This document shows, piece after piece, positions 43,366-54,338 of a DNA stretch of 64,000 nt. Under the pieces are notes generated by a model. That model worked only from the letters and a program-made list of their open reading frames with translations, was not told the DNA's origin and did not search any database. The translations under genes and the position numbers were made by a program. This DNA comes from Candidatus Gottesmanbacteria bacterium (GTDB lineage: Bacteria; Patescibacteriota; Microgenomatia; UBA10105; UBA927), in assembly GCA_963809665.1 (NCBI GenBank), contig CAWEKC010000003.1, forward strand, positions 25,277 through 89,276, written 5' to 3'. Position 1 is the first letter of the stretch. Each line of letters begins with the position of its first letter.

Positions 43366-43956
43366 CTGTTTTGTTTTATCTAATTCTTTGATCAGCCATG
43401 CTTTCAATTTGATATTACTTACTGTGATAGCGCAAACACCAAATTGAGATTTTTTCTTATACGACCCCTTTCCTTGAGGTGGTATGCTGACAATTGTACC
43501 AAATTTATCCGCGGAAATCCCGAGCTCTTTAGACCAGTATATTCGCACTGCCTCAGGATCAGTGTCATTGAACGTTACAATACTGTAATGTATTTTGTCG
43601 TTTTGAATCCCGCATATGATTTTCAGAAAGGATCGAAACGTTTTTATCATGGCGGGATCAGTATTCGAAATGCGAGTAGCGTAGGTAATTGCTTTTGTAC
43701 CTTCGCCCCAATACAGGCCGAGACCCAGATAAAAAAGATGTTGCTGTATTAAACTCAATCTCGATTTGATATGAAAAGGGTCACCATGAGGGTTTTCTTT
43801 AAGGTATGCAGCATCGCTGTGGCTTCTTCTCTCCAGCTGATATTTATCCATCCAATATTTGACCTTATGGACGGAACAATGCAGTATATCTGCAATATCC
43901 GTCATTGATTTTCCTGATTTATACTCTCGGGTAAGGAGGTTTTTAGTTATGGTCAT
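43351..43956 (-). CDS. HTH + LAGLIDADG-like protein whose last codons and stop lie inside tRNA-Thr
   Basis: KSMTDIADILHCSVHKVKYW is HTH-like. LGLGLYWGEGTK and ISNTDPAMIKTF are LAGLIDADG-like. The terminal AWIV* is the tRNA sequence GCCTGGATAGTTTAG. Confidence 0.7.
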   Translation of the reverse strand: MTITKNLLTREYKSGKSMTDIADILHCSVHKVKYWMDKYQLERRSHSDAAYLKENPHGDPFHIKSRLSLIQQHLFYLGLGLYWGEGTKAITYATRISNTDPAMIKTFRSFLKIICGIQNDKIHYSIVTFNDTDPEAVRIYWSKELGISADKFGTIVSIPPQGKGSYKKKSQFGVCAITVSNIKLKAWLIKELDKTKQAWIV

Positions 43957-44036
43957 GTTACATCTATGATAGTAATACCTTAAGGGTAATCGTTCAAGTG
44001 AATGATTTGGTATAATAACCCGACTATATTACTGTC

Positions 44037-44975
44037 ATGAAAAAAATATTGGTTACCGGGGCATTCGGACAAATCGGATCTGAACTTGTGCCTGCGCTCC
44101 AGAAATCATACGGCAAAAATAACGTCATCGCCGTAGGGCACCATCATATTCCGAAGGATTTTGACGGAATTGTTGAATCTGTAGAAATCACCGAAAAAAA
44201 TGCAGTAACGGCAATTTTAAAGAAACATAACGTCGGTACCGTCTACCACCTTGTGTCCCTTCTTTCGGCCAACGGAGAAATTGATCCGTCTCTCACATGG
44301 AATATTAATATGAACGGCCTTAAAACCGTACTGGATTATGCGGTGGAAAACAAACTGAAGGTCTTTTGGCCCAGTTCCATTGCCGTATTCGGTCCGACAA
44401 CTCCAAGAGTCAGAACCGCGCAGCGGACGATACTTGAACCAACGACGATGTACGGTGTAACAAAATTAGCCGGGGAAAATCTTGTGAATTATTATCACCT
44501 TAAATACGGTGTTGACGTGAGGAGTGTACGGTACCCCGGCCTTATCAGCTGGAAAACACCGCCCGGTGGGGGAACGACGGATTTTGCAGTCGCAATATTT
44601 TATGACGGGTTGCAAAAAGGTTCATACACATGCTTTGTCCGGCCGGACACGACGTTGCCGATGATGTATATGGATGACGGCATCCGCGCGACAATTGAGC
44701 TTATGGAAGTTGACCCCAAGAAACTAACGATTCACAACAGTTATAATCTTGCGGCTATCAGTTTTACAGCGGCGGAGCTTTCGCGCGAAATCAATAAGCA
44801 CATCAAGGTGCGCGTGACGTATAAACCGGATTTCCACCAGCAAATTGCCGATTCCTGGCCGCAGTCCATCGATGATACGCTGGCCCGCCGTGATTGGGGA
44901 TGGCGCCACGGGTATAATCTTGATAAAATGACACGCGTCATGATTAAAGAGCTGAAAAAGAAGTTTCATATATGA
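44037..44975 (+). CDS. tdh: L-threonine 3-dehydrogenase (SDR/epimerase type)
   Basis: [42 protein letters not shown]; adjacent to kbl. Confidence 0.85.
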   Translation: MKKILVTGAFGQIGSELVPALQKSYGKNNVIAVGHHHIPKDFDGIVESVEITEKNAVTAILKKHNVGTVYHLVSLLSANGEIDPSLTWNINMNGLKTVLDYAVENKLKVFWPSSIAVFGPTTPRVRTAQRTILEPTTMYGVTKLAGENLVNYYHLKYGVDVRSVRYPGLISWKTPPGGGTTDFAVAIFYDGLQKGSYTCFVRPDTTLPMMYMDDGIRATIELMEVDPKKLTIHNSYNLAAISFTAAELSREINKHIKVRVTYKPDFHQQIADSWPQSIDDTLARRDWGWRHGYNLDKMTRVMIKELKKKFHI

Positions 44976-46159
44976 ACGATCCGCTTGAACCGTATTACAA
45001 AACAATTATTGAGATGAAATCAAAAGGGTTATATACGACTCTTCGCGTTGTTGAATCCCCGCAGGGATCCTGGTTAAAAGTGAACGGTAAACGGGTACTA
45101 AATTTTTGCTCCAATAACTATTTGGGGTTTGCATCGGATAAGAGACTAGTGGACGCGGTCGTCCGGGCGGTGCACGAATACGGGGTCGGGCCCGGGGCGG
45201 TACGTACACTGTCGGGAAATCTCAGGCTTCATGTACAGGCAGAGGCGGAGATTGCCAATTTTAAAAAAGCTGAAGCGGCATTTCTTTTGCCCAGCGGATT
45301 CGTTGCCAACATCGTTGCCATACAAACGGTCATGGGTAAAGAAGATATCGTGGTTTCGGACGAACTGAATCACGCATCCATTATTGATGCCATTAAAATC
45401 GCCCAGATTAAAAATAAATTCATTTTTAAACACGGTGACATGAAAGACCTGGAGCGTGTACTAAAGGAAGCGAAGAAAATTCCGGGACATCATATCATCA
45501 TGATTGCAACGGACGGCGTATTTAGTATGGATGGCGATATTGCGCGCCTTCCGGCGATTGTGAAGCTGGCAAAAAAATACGGGGCTATCACAATGGTGGA
45601 CGATGCGCACGGTGAGGGGGTCTTAGGCGGGGGACGGGGCATCGTGCATCATTTTAATCTTCACGGAAAAGTGGATATAGAAGTAGGGACGTTTTCCAAG
45701 GCATTCGGCGTATTGGGCGGGGTCATTGCCGGTAAATCGGAGCTCATTGATTATTATAAGCAAAAAGCCCGTCCGTTTTTGTTTTCAACGGGCCTCACTG
45801 TTGCCGATACTGCGGCTATTATTGAGGCGATCAGAGTGCTGACAAAATCAAGCACACTGGTTAAGAAATTGTGGGATAATGCCCAATATCTTAAACGCGG
45901 ATTTAAGAAACTCGGGTTCGATACGGGCAGAAGCGAAACTCCTATTACTCCCGTTATGCTCGGGGATGAAAACCTTGCGAAAAATTTTTCCGCGAAACTT
46001 TTTGAAAACGGGGTGTTTGCTACGCCGATTAAATACCCCATGGTGGCATTAGGTAAAGCGCGTATACGTGTGATGCCCTCTGCAAGTCACTCGAAAAAAG
46101 ACCTCGATGTGGGACTTGCCGTCTTTGCCAAAGTTGGAAAAGAATTAGGCGTGCTGTAA
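44972..46159 (+). CDS. kbl: Glycine C-acetyltransferase (2-amino-3-ketobutyrate CoA ligase), AONS class II aminotransferase family
   Basis: [44 protein letters not shown]. Confidence 0.88.
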   Translation: MNDPLEPYYKTIIEMKSKGLYTTLRVVESPQGSWLKVNGKRVLNFCSNNYLGFASDKRLVDAVVRAVHEYGVGPGAVRTLSGNLRLHVQAEAEIANFKKAEAAFLLPSGFVANIVAIQTVMGKEDIVVSDELNHASIIDAIKIAQIKNKFIFKHGDMKDLERVLKEAKKIPGHHIIMIATDGVFSMDGDIARLPAIVKLAKKYGAITMVDDAHGEGVLGGGRGIVHHFNLHGKVDIEVGTFSKAFGVLGGVIAGKSELIDYYKQKARPFLFSTGLTVADTAAIIEAIRVLTKSSTLVKKLWDNAQYLKRGFKKLGFDTGRSETPITPVMLGDENLAKNFSAKLFENGVFATPIKYPMVALGKARIRVMPSASHSKKDLDVGLAVFAKVGKELGVL

Positions 46160-46168
46160 ACTGGGGGC

Positions 46169-47179
46169 ATGAGAAAAATTCTCCCGGGCATACTCATAGG
46201 TGTTGCGTTGACGGTTGGCGTGTATTTTGCAAGACAGGCGGCAATTTCGTATATTACTTCGCTGGCGACTGTCTCTCCGCTTTCAAAAATTCTTGAAAAA
46301 CCTCTGGAAAAATATTCGATCCTACGCCTCAGCGGAAGAACGTATACCGGAAGCCGGATTACGCTGGATCAACCCACGTCGACGACATCAGCATACACCG
46401 TGTACCCGTTTTATTTTGTCAGCGACGGAAAGAAGGTTACGGGTATTGCCCACCTGCCTGCGCAGGCAGGTATACCAAATGAAAATAAAAAATTTCCCGT
46501 TATAGTCCAATTTCGCGGATATGCAGATCGGGAATCTTATTTTCCCGGCCAGGGGACCGAGCCGAGCGCCGAGGTCTATGCAGCAAACGGATTTATATCG
46601 CTCGCCCCGGATTTTTTGGGATACGGCGGGAGCGATATGCCCTCGCCCGACGTATTTGAAGAACGGTTTGAAACATATACCACTGCATTAAATCTCATTG
46701 CATCGGTCGGTACGCTGCCGATGGCGGATCCCGTGAACGTGGGAATTTGGGGCCACAGCAACGGCGGACAAATAGCGCTTACTGTGTTGGAAATATTAGG
46801 AAGACCGGTGCCGGCCGTACTGTGGGCCCCGGTTTCCAAACCGTTCCCGTATTCTATTTTGTATTATACCGATGATGCAGATGATCACGGGAAATTATTG
46901 CGCCGTGAATTAGCCCAATTTGAGAGTCAGTATGATGCCGAAGCGTATTCGCTGACTAATTATTTAAACCGGATTACGGGTCCGCTGCAAATCCATCAGG
47001 GTTCGGCCGATACTGCGGTACCAATTGCGTGGAGCGATGCACTGGTGAAAAATCTGGAGGCAAGCAATAGTGCAGTGAATTATTTTACGTATCCCGGCGC
47101 GGACCATAACATGCGACCGGATGCATGGGGCTCTGTCGTTGCCCGCGACATTACATTCTTCGGAAAGTATCTCCCTTAA
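46169..47179 (+). CDS. Membrane-anchored alpha/beta hydrolase (S9 peptidase-like)
   Basis: WGHSNGG nucleophile elbow, HQGSADTAV, YPGADH. Confidence 0.85.
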   Translation: MRKILPGILIGVALTVGVYFARQAAISYITSLATVSPLSKILEKPLEKYSILRLSGRTYTGSRITLDQPTSTTSAYTVYPFYFVSDGKKVTGIAHLPAQAGIPNENKKFPVIVQFRGYADRESYFPGQGTEPSAEVYAANGFISLAPDFLGYGGSDMPSPDVFEERFETYTTALNLIASVGTLPMADPVNVGIWGHSNGGQIALTVLEILGRPVPAVLWAPVSKPFPYSILYYTDDADDHGKLLRRELAQFESQYDAEAYSLTNYLNRITGPLQIHQGSADTAVPIAWSDALVKNLEASNSAVNYFTYPGADHNMRPDAWGSVVARDITFFGKYLP

Positions 47180-47679
47180 GGAGCAGGGAACAGGAACGTC
47201 GAACTGCAGGTTGAGGATGCTTTGAGATCATCCTTCAACGTGATATCCACGACTGTCGGTATATTGGGTGTAATTTCGATAGATGGCGTCGTACACCGGA
47301 ATGTCCCCCCGCCCCGCTGTGGTTTATCCGTCAGAGGACTGGAGGTGGTTTGAGTTGCGACGAGTTTGTTATCTACGGTTACGGTAAACGTACAGTCAAC
47401 TTTTGTGGCCGTAGAAATGTCGCCCCCCTCTACAGACAGATAATATTTTGGTAATCCGATGACTGGATTGTAATACTGCGTATCGCACCCAAGACCAGTA
47501 ATGGGGCCCGGCGTCGGAGTCGGGGTTGTCACGTCAGCTACCGGTGTCGGTGTTGCGGCGGGGGTTGCCGATTTGCCGCGCAGCAAATACCCGGCAACTA
47601 CGATGGCAATTAGTACAATGATACCGAGGACATAATATTGTTTTGTTCCCATTGACTGGGGTTGTTCTTGATTTTCCAT
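47176..47679 (-). CDS. Membrane-anchored hypothetical protein with PT linker
   Basis: N-terminal TM, TPTP linker, four Cys. Confidence 0.65.
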   Translation of the reverse strand: MENQEQPQSMGTKQYYVLGIIVLIAIVVAGYLLRGKSATPAATPTPVADVTTPTPTPGPITGLGCDTQYYNPVIGLPKYYLSVEGGDISTATKVDCTFTVTVDNKLVATQTTSSPLTDKPQRGGGTFRCTTPSIEITPNIPTVVDITLKDDLKASSTCSSTFLFPAP

Positions 47680-47770
47680 ATATGTGTAATATAAAAGTAT
47701 TTTTTCAGAATTGCAAGAGGGCAGTTTGCAACATCAATCAAATACTCTTATTTGCTATAATACGGGGTAT

Positions 47771-47855
47771 GTCAGGATGGCGGAGCGGTCAAACGCAACA
47801 GTCTGTAAAACTGTCGCCCTAACAGGCTACCCAGGTTCGAATCCTGGTCCTGACA
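47771..47855 (+). tRNA. trnY: tRNA-Tyr(GTA), long variable arm, CCA not encoded
   Basis: Acceptor GTCAGGA...TCCTGAC, anticodon arm ACAGT-CTGTAAA-ACTGT, GGTTCGAATCC. TATAAT at 47756. Confidence 0.95.
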
Positions 47856-47858
47856 CAT

Positions 47859-48173
47859 ATGAAAGCATTTTTAATCGGTGTTATTTTTCTCGTAATCGTC
47901 GGCGCCGGTGCGTATATAGGGTTGAAATATTTTTATACACCGCCGGCCGGATCGCAGACGTTTAAAACAGCTGTATTGACAAAAACAGGGACACTTCAGA
48001 AATCAACAATTGCGAAAAGCGATTTTACCCATGTTCTTGTGAGCACAGGTGAGTCTGTCGGTGTGGCATCCTATACGCTCAATTTAGATGATTACATCGG
48101 GAAGAAAGTTACCGTCACGGGACAATTTTCCGGCAACACACTCTACGCTGACAATATAACCGTTGTTCAATAA
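47859..48173 (+). CDS. Small membrane-anchored OB-fold-like hypothetical protein
   Basis: TM, then LDDYIGKKVTVTG. Confidence 0.65.
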   Translation: MKAFLIGVIFLVIVGAGAYIGLKYFYTPPAGSQTFKTAVLTKTGTLQKSTIAKSDFTHVLVSTGESVGVASYTLNLDDYIGKKVTVTGQFSGNTLYADNITVVQ

Positions 48174-48179
48174 ACCCCT

Positions 48180-48461
48180 ATGCTCTCCAGAGTTAGCTTG
48201 TATAACAAAATTAAACCCGCCGCGGGGAAGCTTCATGCAATCGGAAATACGACGCGGTTATCCATTCTCTATATATTAGTGCGGGAACCGATGGAATGTA
48301 ACCGGCTCAGCAGCAGATTGAAGATACCTGCAAGTCTTCTTTCACATCATCTAAAGCGGCTAGCCGAAACGGGGTGGCTGACAAAAACAAAGGTAGGGAA
48401 GTCAGTAACATATTATGTTGCGGATGATGCGGTGAAGGGCAATGGGCATGGTGCTTCGTAA
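48180..48461 (+). CDS. ArsR/SmtB family transcriptional regulator
   Basis: AIGNTTRLSIL, LSHHLKRL..GWL..KVGKSVTYY. Confidence 0.85.
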   Translation: MLSRVSLYNKIKPAAGKLHAIGNTTRLSILYILVREPMECNRLSSRLKIPASLLSHHLKRLAETGWLTKTKVGKSVTYYVADDAVKGNGHGAS

Positions 48462-48468
48462 ATTCTTG

Positions 48469-48539
48469 AGCCCCCAGTCAGAATCGAACTGACATCAGCG
48501 GTTTACAAAACCGTCGCTCTGCCACTGAGCTATGGAGGC
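48469..48539 (-). tRNA. trnT: tRNA-Thr(TGT), CCA not encoded
   Basis: Acceptor GCCTCCA...TGGGGGC, anticodon loop TTTGTAA, T-loop GTTCGATT. Confidence 0.92.
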
Positions 48540-48814
48540 ACGAGGTCATTGTACCAAAAACAAACAGGGAACGGTAATGGACGGGGGTGTCAAGAAAAAG
48601 TTTCGCGGTTCAATTATTTCGCCCGGTGGCTTGAAGCATTTTTCCCGATCGAGTCAATCGGATGGACTGGTTCCAAAGCAACAGCAATGGAAACACTTGG
48701 TCCTGTTTCCCGCCGATTTGGCGGGATACCTCATTTGTGTTGAACTTGTAGAGAAAAATTAAACTTCAAGTTCTCACACGGGCATACTAATGGTAAATCG
48801 GCAAAAATGTATTG

Positions 48815-49483
48815 TCAAGTATGGGATATGCGCCGTATTTCCTTGACCTGATGTGACAGACCTTCAGGTGTATGTCCCTTATTAAGATGGACCGCATGGA
48901 GTTCGATCCGGTCCTCCGGCAGATGGGCGCGAAGTACAGCGGCTACGAATTGTTTTGCATATTTAGTCATTTCCGTCAGTTCACCCTCAACCCCATGCTG
49001 TTTATATATTGTATCCATTGACCCGCCTTCACCACCGGTAAAGTGTTTGGCTCCTCCGCAAACCTCTGTATGGAAGGCAAATTTAAATTTTGCCCGGGGG
49101 TTAACGCGGTGCATTGCGATTGCTAAATTCACCATTGCCTCACGGCGGATATTATCAGGCTGAACCACGCCGCCAGCCGAGGCGAATACGACATCTGCTT
49201 GAAATTCCTGTGCCGCTTTATGTGATTGCCGAAAATCCTCGCAAATAAATGCGATAGTACCAGCCTGCTTAATTGCTTCGAGTTCTTCCGGAGTTCCATC
49301 GGGAATCCGGGCATTATAGTTACCTTCTGACAGGGGTGTAACCATATTGCCTTCTGTGACGTCGACCTTGTGAGCTATGGCGCCCGGACGTACAAGATTT
49401 GCATCGTTACTATAGACCTTTTGCACAGCAAGGATCGCGATATTTAGTTCTTCCATCGGTTTCACAGGCACCTCCTTCATCAT
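48815..49483 (-). CDS. Beta-carbonic-anhydrase-like protein
   Basis: FICEDFRQ (CxDxR), SAGG, and HTEVCGG (H..CG zinc ligands with one extra residue). Confidence 0.5.
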   Translation of the reverse strand: MMKEVPVKPMEELNIAILAVQKVYSNDANLVRPGAIAHKVDVTEGNMVTPLSEGNYNARIPDGTPEELEAIKQAGTIAFICEDFRQSHKAAQEFQADVVFASAGGVVQPDNIRREAMVNLAIAMHRVNPRAKFKFAFHTEVCGGAKHFTGGEGGSMDTIYKQHGVEGELTEMTKYAKQFVAAVLRAHLPEDRIELHAVHLNKGHTPEGLSHQVKEIRRISHT

Positions 49484-49541
49484 AGGTAAAAATAAAAAAA
49501 CGACTATGTGTCGCCGCCAATACTATACCAAATAGTTGCGG

Positions 49542-50196
49542 TTATAGCAACGGAGAGGAAGGAAGAAGGATATTGAGAATTCCACTAATAACCGGCGAAA
49601 TTATCTTTATAATCGGTGCCGTTCCCCCGAAAATAGGGAACAGAAGGAAAATCAGGAAAATAATTCCGTATCGCTCAAGTCCATGCCATTCGCGCGCCTG
49701 CTCTTCGGGCAAAATTCCCTCGACTATTTTAAAACCGTCCAACGGATGTATAGGAACGAGATTAAAAATACCCAGCACCACATTCATAACGATAATTTGC
49801 TGAAGTAGCGCGCTAATGATCATGATGGTCAGGGATCCTGGAGCGGGGATTCGAAATAGTACCAGTAGAAGTATGGAGATTATAGTGGCCATAATCATAT
49901 TGGATACCGGTCCGGCGATTGAGATGAGCGCACTGTCACGGCGTGGATTTCTCAGGTTAAACGGGTCAAACTGCACGGGTTTCCCCCAGCCGAATCGTAC
50001 GAGGATGAGGAGGATTGTTCCTATAGGATCTAAATGAGCCAAAGGGTTTAAGGTCAACCGGCCCTGCAGACGCGGCGTAGGATCTCCCGAGACGCTCTGC
50101 AGCCCATGCATGGGAAAATTCATGAATATCTATGGCCACAATGAGCGCCACTAAGCCAAAAACGAAGTCAAGAAGGTTGAAAGACGTACCAAACAT
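49542..50196 (-). CDS. Site-2 protease (M50) with a single frameshift near 50087 (probable sequencing error)
   Basis: HEFSH is in frame 49966..50196. GDPTP..NPLAHLDP, AGPVSN and NLVPIHPLDG are in frame 49542..50123. Confidence 0.88.
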
Positions 50197-50215
50197 ATGG
50201 TATAGTATAACCCTT

Positions 50216-50467
50216 ATGGCCTACCAATGCGAGATTTGCAGTAAGAAAACCATGGCCGGCCGGCAGCACACTCATCATACGGGAGTCGCCGGAGGTCAAT
50301 GGAAAAAGCGTGCGCAAACCACGTTCCGGCATTTCGCGCCGAATTTGCATTACGTTACGATGAAAATTGACGGCGTTGCTACCCGGGTACGTGCCTGTGC
50401 AAGCTGTATAAAACGTGTGCGTTTTGACCTTAAGAAAGCGACCGCTACAAAATCCGCTACCGCCTGA
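50216..50467 (+). CDS. rpmB: 50S ribosomal protein L28
   Basis: MAYQCEICSKK..G..H..RAQTTFRHFAPNL..VRACASCIK. Confidence 0.9.
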   Translation: MAYQCEICSKKTMAGRQHTHHTGVAGGQWKKRAQTTFRHFAPNLHYVTMKIDGVATRVRACASCIKRVRFDLKKATATKSATA

Positions 50468-50735
50468 GCGTTGACGGCGTTGGTTGGATACAGAAGTACT
50501 TTAGACAGCCATCCGAATCCCTTTTAAACGTCCACCCGCCTGAACAATCTTCAGCACGCGGCATTGGTGGAATTGCACACGTTAATCCTGCTTTGCTTCG
50601 GACGTCAAAGGTGAGACGGTTCATCGCGGATAGAACGACGACCAAAAGAATGAATGCGAGCGTCAGAAAGATTATAAAATTCCAGGACATGAGATCAGTT
50701 TTTCTACGACCTACCCGCACAATTCTTTTAGCCAT
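50457..50735 (-). CDS. Small membrane-anchored Cys-containing protein
   Basis: TM followed by DVRSKA and four Cys; SD AAGGAGG upstream. Confidence 0.6.
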   Translation of the reverse strand: MAKRIVRVGRRKTDLMSWNFIIFLTLAFILLVVVLSAMNRLTFDVRSKAGLTCAIPPMPRAEDCSGGWTFKRDSDGCLKYFCIQPTPSTLRR

Positions 50736-50777
50736 ATTGCCTCCTTACTCCTACCGTAATGTCATAGACTTATGCTG

Positions 50778-51581
50778 TCAAGAGGGAAGATACGCAGTCC
50801 GGAATTGGGCAAATGGGACGGGTTTCTTGCCTTCCAACTGAACGGTAACCGGCTGTACATCAAAATCCAGAATTTTTAACCGTTTCCCGTTTACTTTCGT
50901 CCACAGCCCGGGCCAGGGATGGAATGCGCGAAACTTACGGTTGATTCGGTCTGATTCTTTTGGATCCATGATTTTTTCCCACGGTTCAAGTCCGTCATCC
51001 CGGGTAAGACGCCGCGCATATGGTTCTCCGTCATTCGGTTGTACTCTCCCTTTGTTTTTTCCGGAAAGAAACTCCGGAAGAACCGATACAAGCAGCTCTG
51101 CTCCGATAGTAAAAAGTTTAGTCCGAAGCGGGTCGGAAACATCAGTGTGTGCTATGGGTATCTTTTTTTGCGCGACGATGCGGCCCTGATCGAATTTTTC
51201 CGAAAGCGTTACAACGGTAACACCGATGTCTGTATCTCCCATCAAAATTGCCCAGGGGACAGGATCTCCTCCGCGCCATCTCGGCAGAAGCGAGGGGTGG
51301 ACATTTAATCCGCCGAAGCGGGCGCAGCGTATAAACTCAATGGGAATTTTTTCTCCGTAACTTGCGGTAATGAGAAGATCAACGCTCATCTCCGGCACCT
51401 CGGTGAATACGGGCACACGGAGGTTTCTCGCCCATGTTTCCACCGGTGTCGGAGTAACAACTTTATTTCTGCCGACAGGTTTTGGGGGTTGGGTAACGAC
51501 AGCTACTACGGTATCGAGTTTTTCTAATACCAGGACGGAATCCGATGTGGAACCGAAAAATAGGATATGTACGGGGTTCAT
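50778..51581 (-). CDS. fmt: Methionyl-tRNA formyltransferase
   Basis: VVTQPPKPVGR, ASYG, NVHPSLLPRWRG, FDQG, RAFHPWPG. Confidence 0.95.
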   Translation of the reverse strand: MNPVHILFFGSTSDSVLVLEKLDTVVAVVTQPPKPVGRNKVVTPTPVETWARNLRVPVFTEVPEMSVDLLITASYGEKIPIEFIRCARFGGLNVHPSLLPRWRGGDPVPWAILMGDTDIGVTVVTLSEKFDQGRIVAQKKIPIAHTDVSDPLRTKLFTIGAELLVSVLPEFLSGKNKGRVQPNDGEPYARRLTRDDGLEPWEKIMDPKESDRINRKFRAFHPWPGLWTKVNGKRLKILDFDVQPVTVQLEGKKPVPFAQFRTAYLPS

Positions 51582-51582
51582 A

Positions 51583-52128
51583 CTATTTTAAATCTACTTC
51601 TTCCAGTATTTCTTTTCCGTCTTCATCTGTCTCGGATTGAAACAATTTGCCTTTTTGTTCCAGCACGCGTTGGACGAAGAGAACGCCGTTGGTATGGTCG
51701 GTTTCATGCTGGATGATGGTGGCCAGGAAGCCTGAAAATGAATCCGTGTGAACCACACCCGATTCATCCTGGTATTTTATCGTGAGTTTGGTTGCACGTT
51801 TCACACGCCCCCAGATTTTGGGGATAGAAAGGCATCCTTCCAGCTTATTATCGCGCTCCGGTACGCCTTCGGTAAGATCTTCCGACTTTGCAATAATTTC
51901 TGGATTGATGAATACGCGGATATCGCCTTTTTCCGTCGGGCGGGTGATAAATACACGCCATGATTCACCGATCTGAGGGGCTGCAAGTCCCACGCCTTTG
52001 GGATTTGTTGCCGCCCGGAGCGCGCTTTTCATGTTACGGATAAGGACTTCCAGTCGTTTGTCAAAAAATGTAACGGATCTGGCCGGTGTATTCAGTACCG
52101 GATTTGGGGTGGTGACAACGGATTTCAT
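51583..52128 (-). CDS. def: Peptide deformylase
   Basis: GVGLAAPQIG, EGCLS, QHETDH. Confidence 0.97.
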   Translation of the reverse strand: MKSVVTTPNPVLNTPARSVTFFDKRLEVLIRNMKSALRAATNPKGVGLAAPQIGESWRVFITRPTEKGDIRVFINPEIIAKSEDLTEGVPERDNKLEGCLSIPKIWGRVKRATKLTIKYQDESGVVHTDSFSGFLATIIQHETDHTNGVLFVQRVLEQKGKLFQSETDEDGKEILEEVDLK

Positions 52129-54227
52129 TGTGTAAGCCTTGATTGAAAATCGCGGTCGGCCGGGTCCACGTGGTCCAGATACTGTTGAAGTTCGGCGCGG
52201 GCTGCATCGGGCTCTTTCATTTCCGTATAGAAGACGTACAAACCAAAATATGCGTCGCGGTAATCGGATTTCAGTTTTTTGGCAGTATTCAAAAGCTGCA
52301 CTGCTTTGGTATTGTCTCCCTGCCGGCCATAGAGAATCGCAAGATTATATAATATTTTTGGGTCATTCGGCGAAAGGGTTTGGGCAATTTCCAGTGCGCT
52401 GATTGCCGCCTGATTCAGCTGCGGGTCAAACGTGGAGAATGTGTAATAGAGTTTTGTCCGCGTTTTCCAGAAGTTGACATTCTTAGGGGATGTTCGTAGT
52501 GCTATATCGTTTTCAGCGAGGCTTTGTTTTGCCAATGATGCCGCGAGTGTTGCATTTTTGGCGTCGATTGCAGCGATCGCCAGAGATCCGAGAGTGGTCG
52601 CCAGTTCATCGTGATACATGGGTTCGCCGGGATTGAGGGAGATTGCCTGTGTGTCCGGCCCTTGCGCCCGGGCAAACTCGTTGGCGCGTGCAAGCCGGTA
52701 CCCGCCGGAAAACAACGTATCCGCCTGCCAATAGCGGTACAGCATCACGATTGCGGCAAGTGTTGCCGCAGTCACAATCCAGCATATGATGCGTTCCTGT
52801 TTTTTGAGCCGGGCAAGACTTATAATCCGGTACGACGGATGTGCAACGATTGCAATGATCAGAGCCGGAAACAGGAAAAAGAAAAGCTGTATAACCACGA
52901 CCGAAAATCCGAAAAAATTGGTGACAAGGATTGATACCCAACCCGCAAAAAGTGCAAACGGTACTATTTTTTGTTCAGGTTTTTCTTTCGTCAGGTTTTT
53001 TATAAACCAAAATATAAATGTACCGATGACCAGGAGATAGCTTCCGAGCCCGAACGCTCCGGTTGTCGCCAAATAGTTGAGGTATTCGTTGTGTGCTTTG
53101 TTATATAGGAAATCCCATTCGCTCGTCATATTATGCCCTGCGGGACGGTATTGGTAGAACGCAAATGCGAACGTTTCCGTTCCCGTTCCTACGAGCATAT
53201 TCTTTGTACTTCCACGCCATGCAGATACTGCAGCCTCCCAGACATATTTTCTGATAGTTCCGGATTCCGTACCCCCGGATTCCAAAAGAGTCCCTGTCGG
53301 CGCTTTTTGGACAACAGGAGCTGGCGCCGATACACGGGTGATACGCGTTTTCCATGCAGAAAAGGTGACCCATCGGTCGATTTGATCGACATAGATACCG
53401 TTAAAAAATACGATGACTGCAAAAATCGCATGAAGGATAATAAAAGGACGGACGATTCGTTTTTTTTCTTCCGTTGCAAGATACAGGAGTACCCAGAACA
53501 GAATGTCTGCAACAGCCAATCCCAAAAGTCCGGAGCGGGAACGTGTATAGAGGATAACGAGAAAAAACAGGATGACGGTTAATACGCCAACCAGATATTT
53601 AATACCCTGCATCGCGGTTGCCTGGAGCCTGCCGTTTTTGATCGTTGGTTGATTAAAAACTGCAAAAAATAACGAGATAGGCAGGACTGCTGCTAAAAAC
53701 GCTGCAAGCCAATTGGGCTGGCCCAGTGTCGAGAACACGCGGCTCTGGACGTCCTGGACCCATAAATTCTTGTCTATACCGAAATGTTCGGCAACCCCGT
53801 AGATAGCGACTAGCGTAGCCGTGGCAAGAATGGTATTGAGCGTTTTTTTAACCGGCGGAAAGTGTGTGACAAATGCATAAAACAGGATGACGTACGAGAA
53901 TATAGACCACATGCCGCCGTTAAAACGGGAATAGTATCCGAACCACGAAACGTGCGGGTCCATCGAGAATATTGAGCTCACCAGCTGCGAGACAACGAAA
54001 AGTACGATGGGAATATCCAGGGGTGTTTTGGCAATACGGATCTCGTGGTCGCTTATCATCTGGATAAGCCAGGCTCCGAAAATAACGGCCGTGAGGCCGT
54101 ATGTGACGACCATTTTGTTGTACTCAAACAGTTCGTAGTTCCACGGTGTGAGGATAAGGGGAACAAGAATAAAAAGTAAATAAAAGCCGATCTGGATAAC
54201 CCTCGTGCACCACGCGCTGACATTCAT
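52125..54227 (-). CDS. O-antigen ligase (Wzy_C) family membrane protein with C-terminal TPRs
   Basis: RVFSTLGQPNWLA, TRSRSG, GTGTETF, AHNEYL, then TPR helices. Start chosen at MNVSAW, 7 nt after TATACT. Confidence 0.88.
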   Translation of the reverse strand: MNVSAWCTRVIQIGFYLLFILVPLILTPWNYELFEYNKMVVTYGLTAVIFGAWLIQMISDHEIRIAKTPLDIPIVLFVVSQLVSSIFSMDPHVSWFGYYSRFNGGMWSIFSYVILFYAFVTHFPPVKKTLNTILATATLVAIYGVAEHFGIDKNLWVQDVQSRVFSTLGQPNWLAAFLAAVLPISLFFAVFNQPTIKNGRLQATAMQGIKYLVGVLTVILFFLVILYTRSRSGLLGLAVADILFWVLLYLATEEKKRIVRPFIILHAIFAVIVFFNGIYVDQIDRWVTFSAWKTRITRVSAPAPVVQKAPTGTLLESGGTESGTIRKYVWEAAVSAWRGSTKNMLVGTGTETFAFAFYQYRPAGHNMTSEWDFLYNKAHNEYLNYLATTGAFGLGSYLLVIGTFIFWFIKNLTKEKPEQKIVPFALFAGWVSILVTNFFGFSVVVIQLFFFLFPALIIAIVAHPSYRIISLARLKKQERIICWIVTAATLAAIVMLYRYWQADTLFSGGYRLARANEFARAQGPDTQAISLNPGEPMYHDELATTLGSLAIAAIDAKNATLAASLAKQSLAENDIALRTSPKNVNFWKTRTKLYYTFSTFDPQLNQAAISALEIAQTLSPNDPKILYNLAILYGRQGDNTKAVQLLNTAKKLKSDYRDAYFGLYVFYTEMKEPDAARAELQQYLDHVDPADRDFQSRLTQ

Positions 54228-54338
54228 AGGCATAAGTATACCATATATGTTGCGTTTGGGAGCTTGACTTTACGGCTGAATATCTATAATATAAGCCATT
54301 CAAACTATATCATTTAATGTTGAGGAAAAGGAAAAATT

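Noticed and set aside
47711-48762. ORFs 47711..47965, 48532..48762 and 48549..48743
   Set aside because: They overlap tRNA genes or their promoter regions and show no recognisable protein features.
49542-50196. Split site-2 protease as two genes
   Set aside because: One extra G in CTCGGGAGAT explains the break; the HExxH and NxxPxxxLDG motifs belong to one protein.
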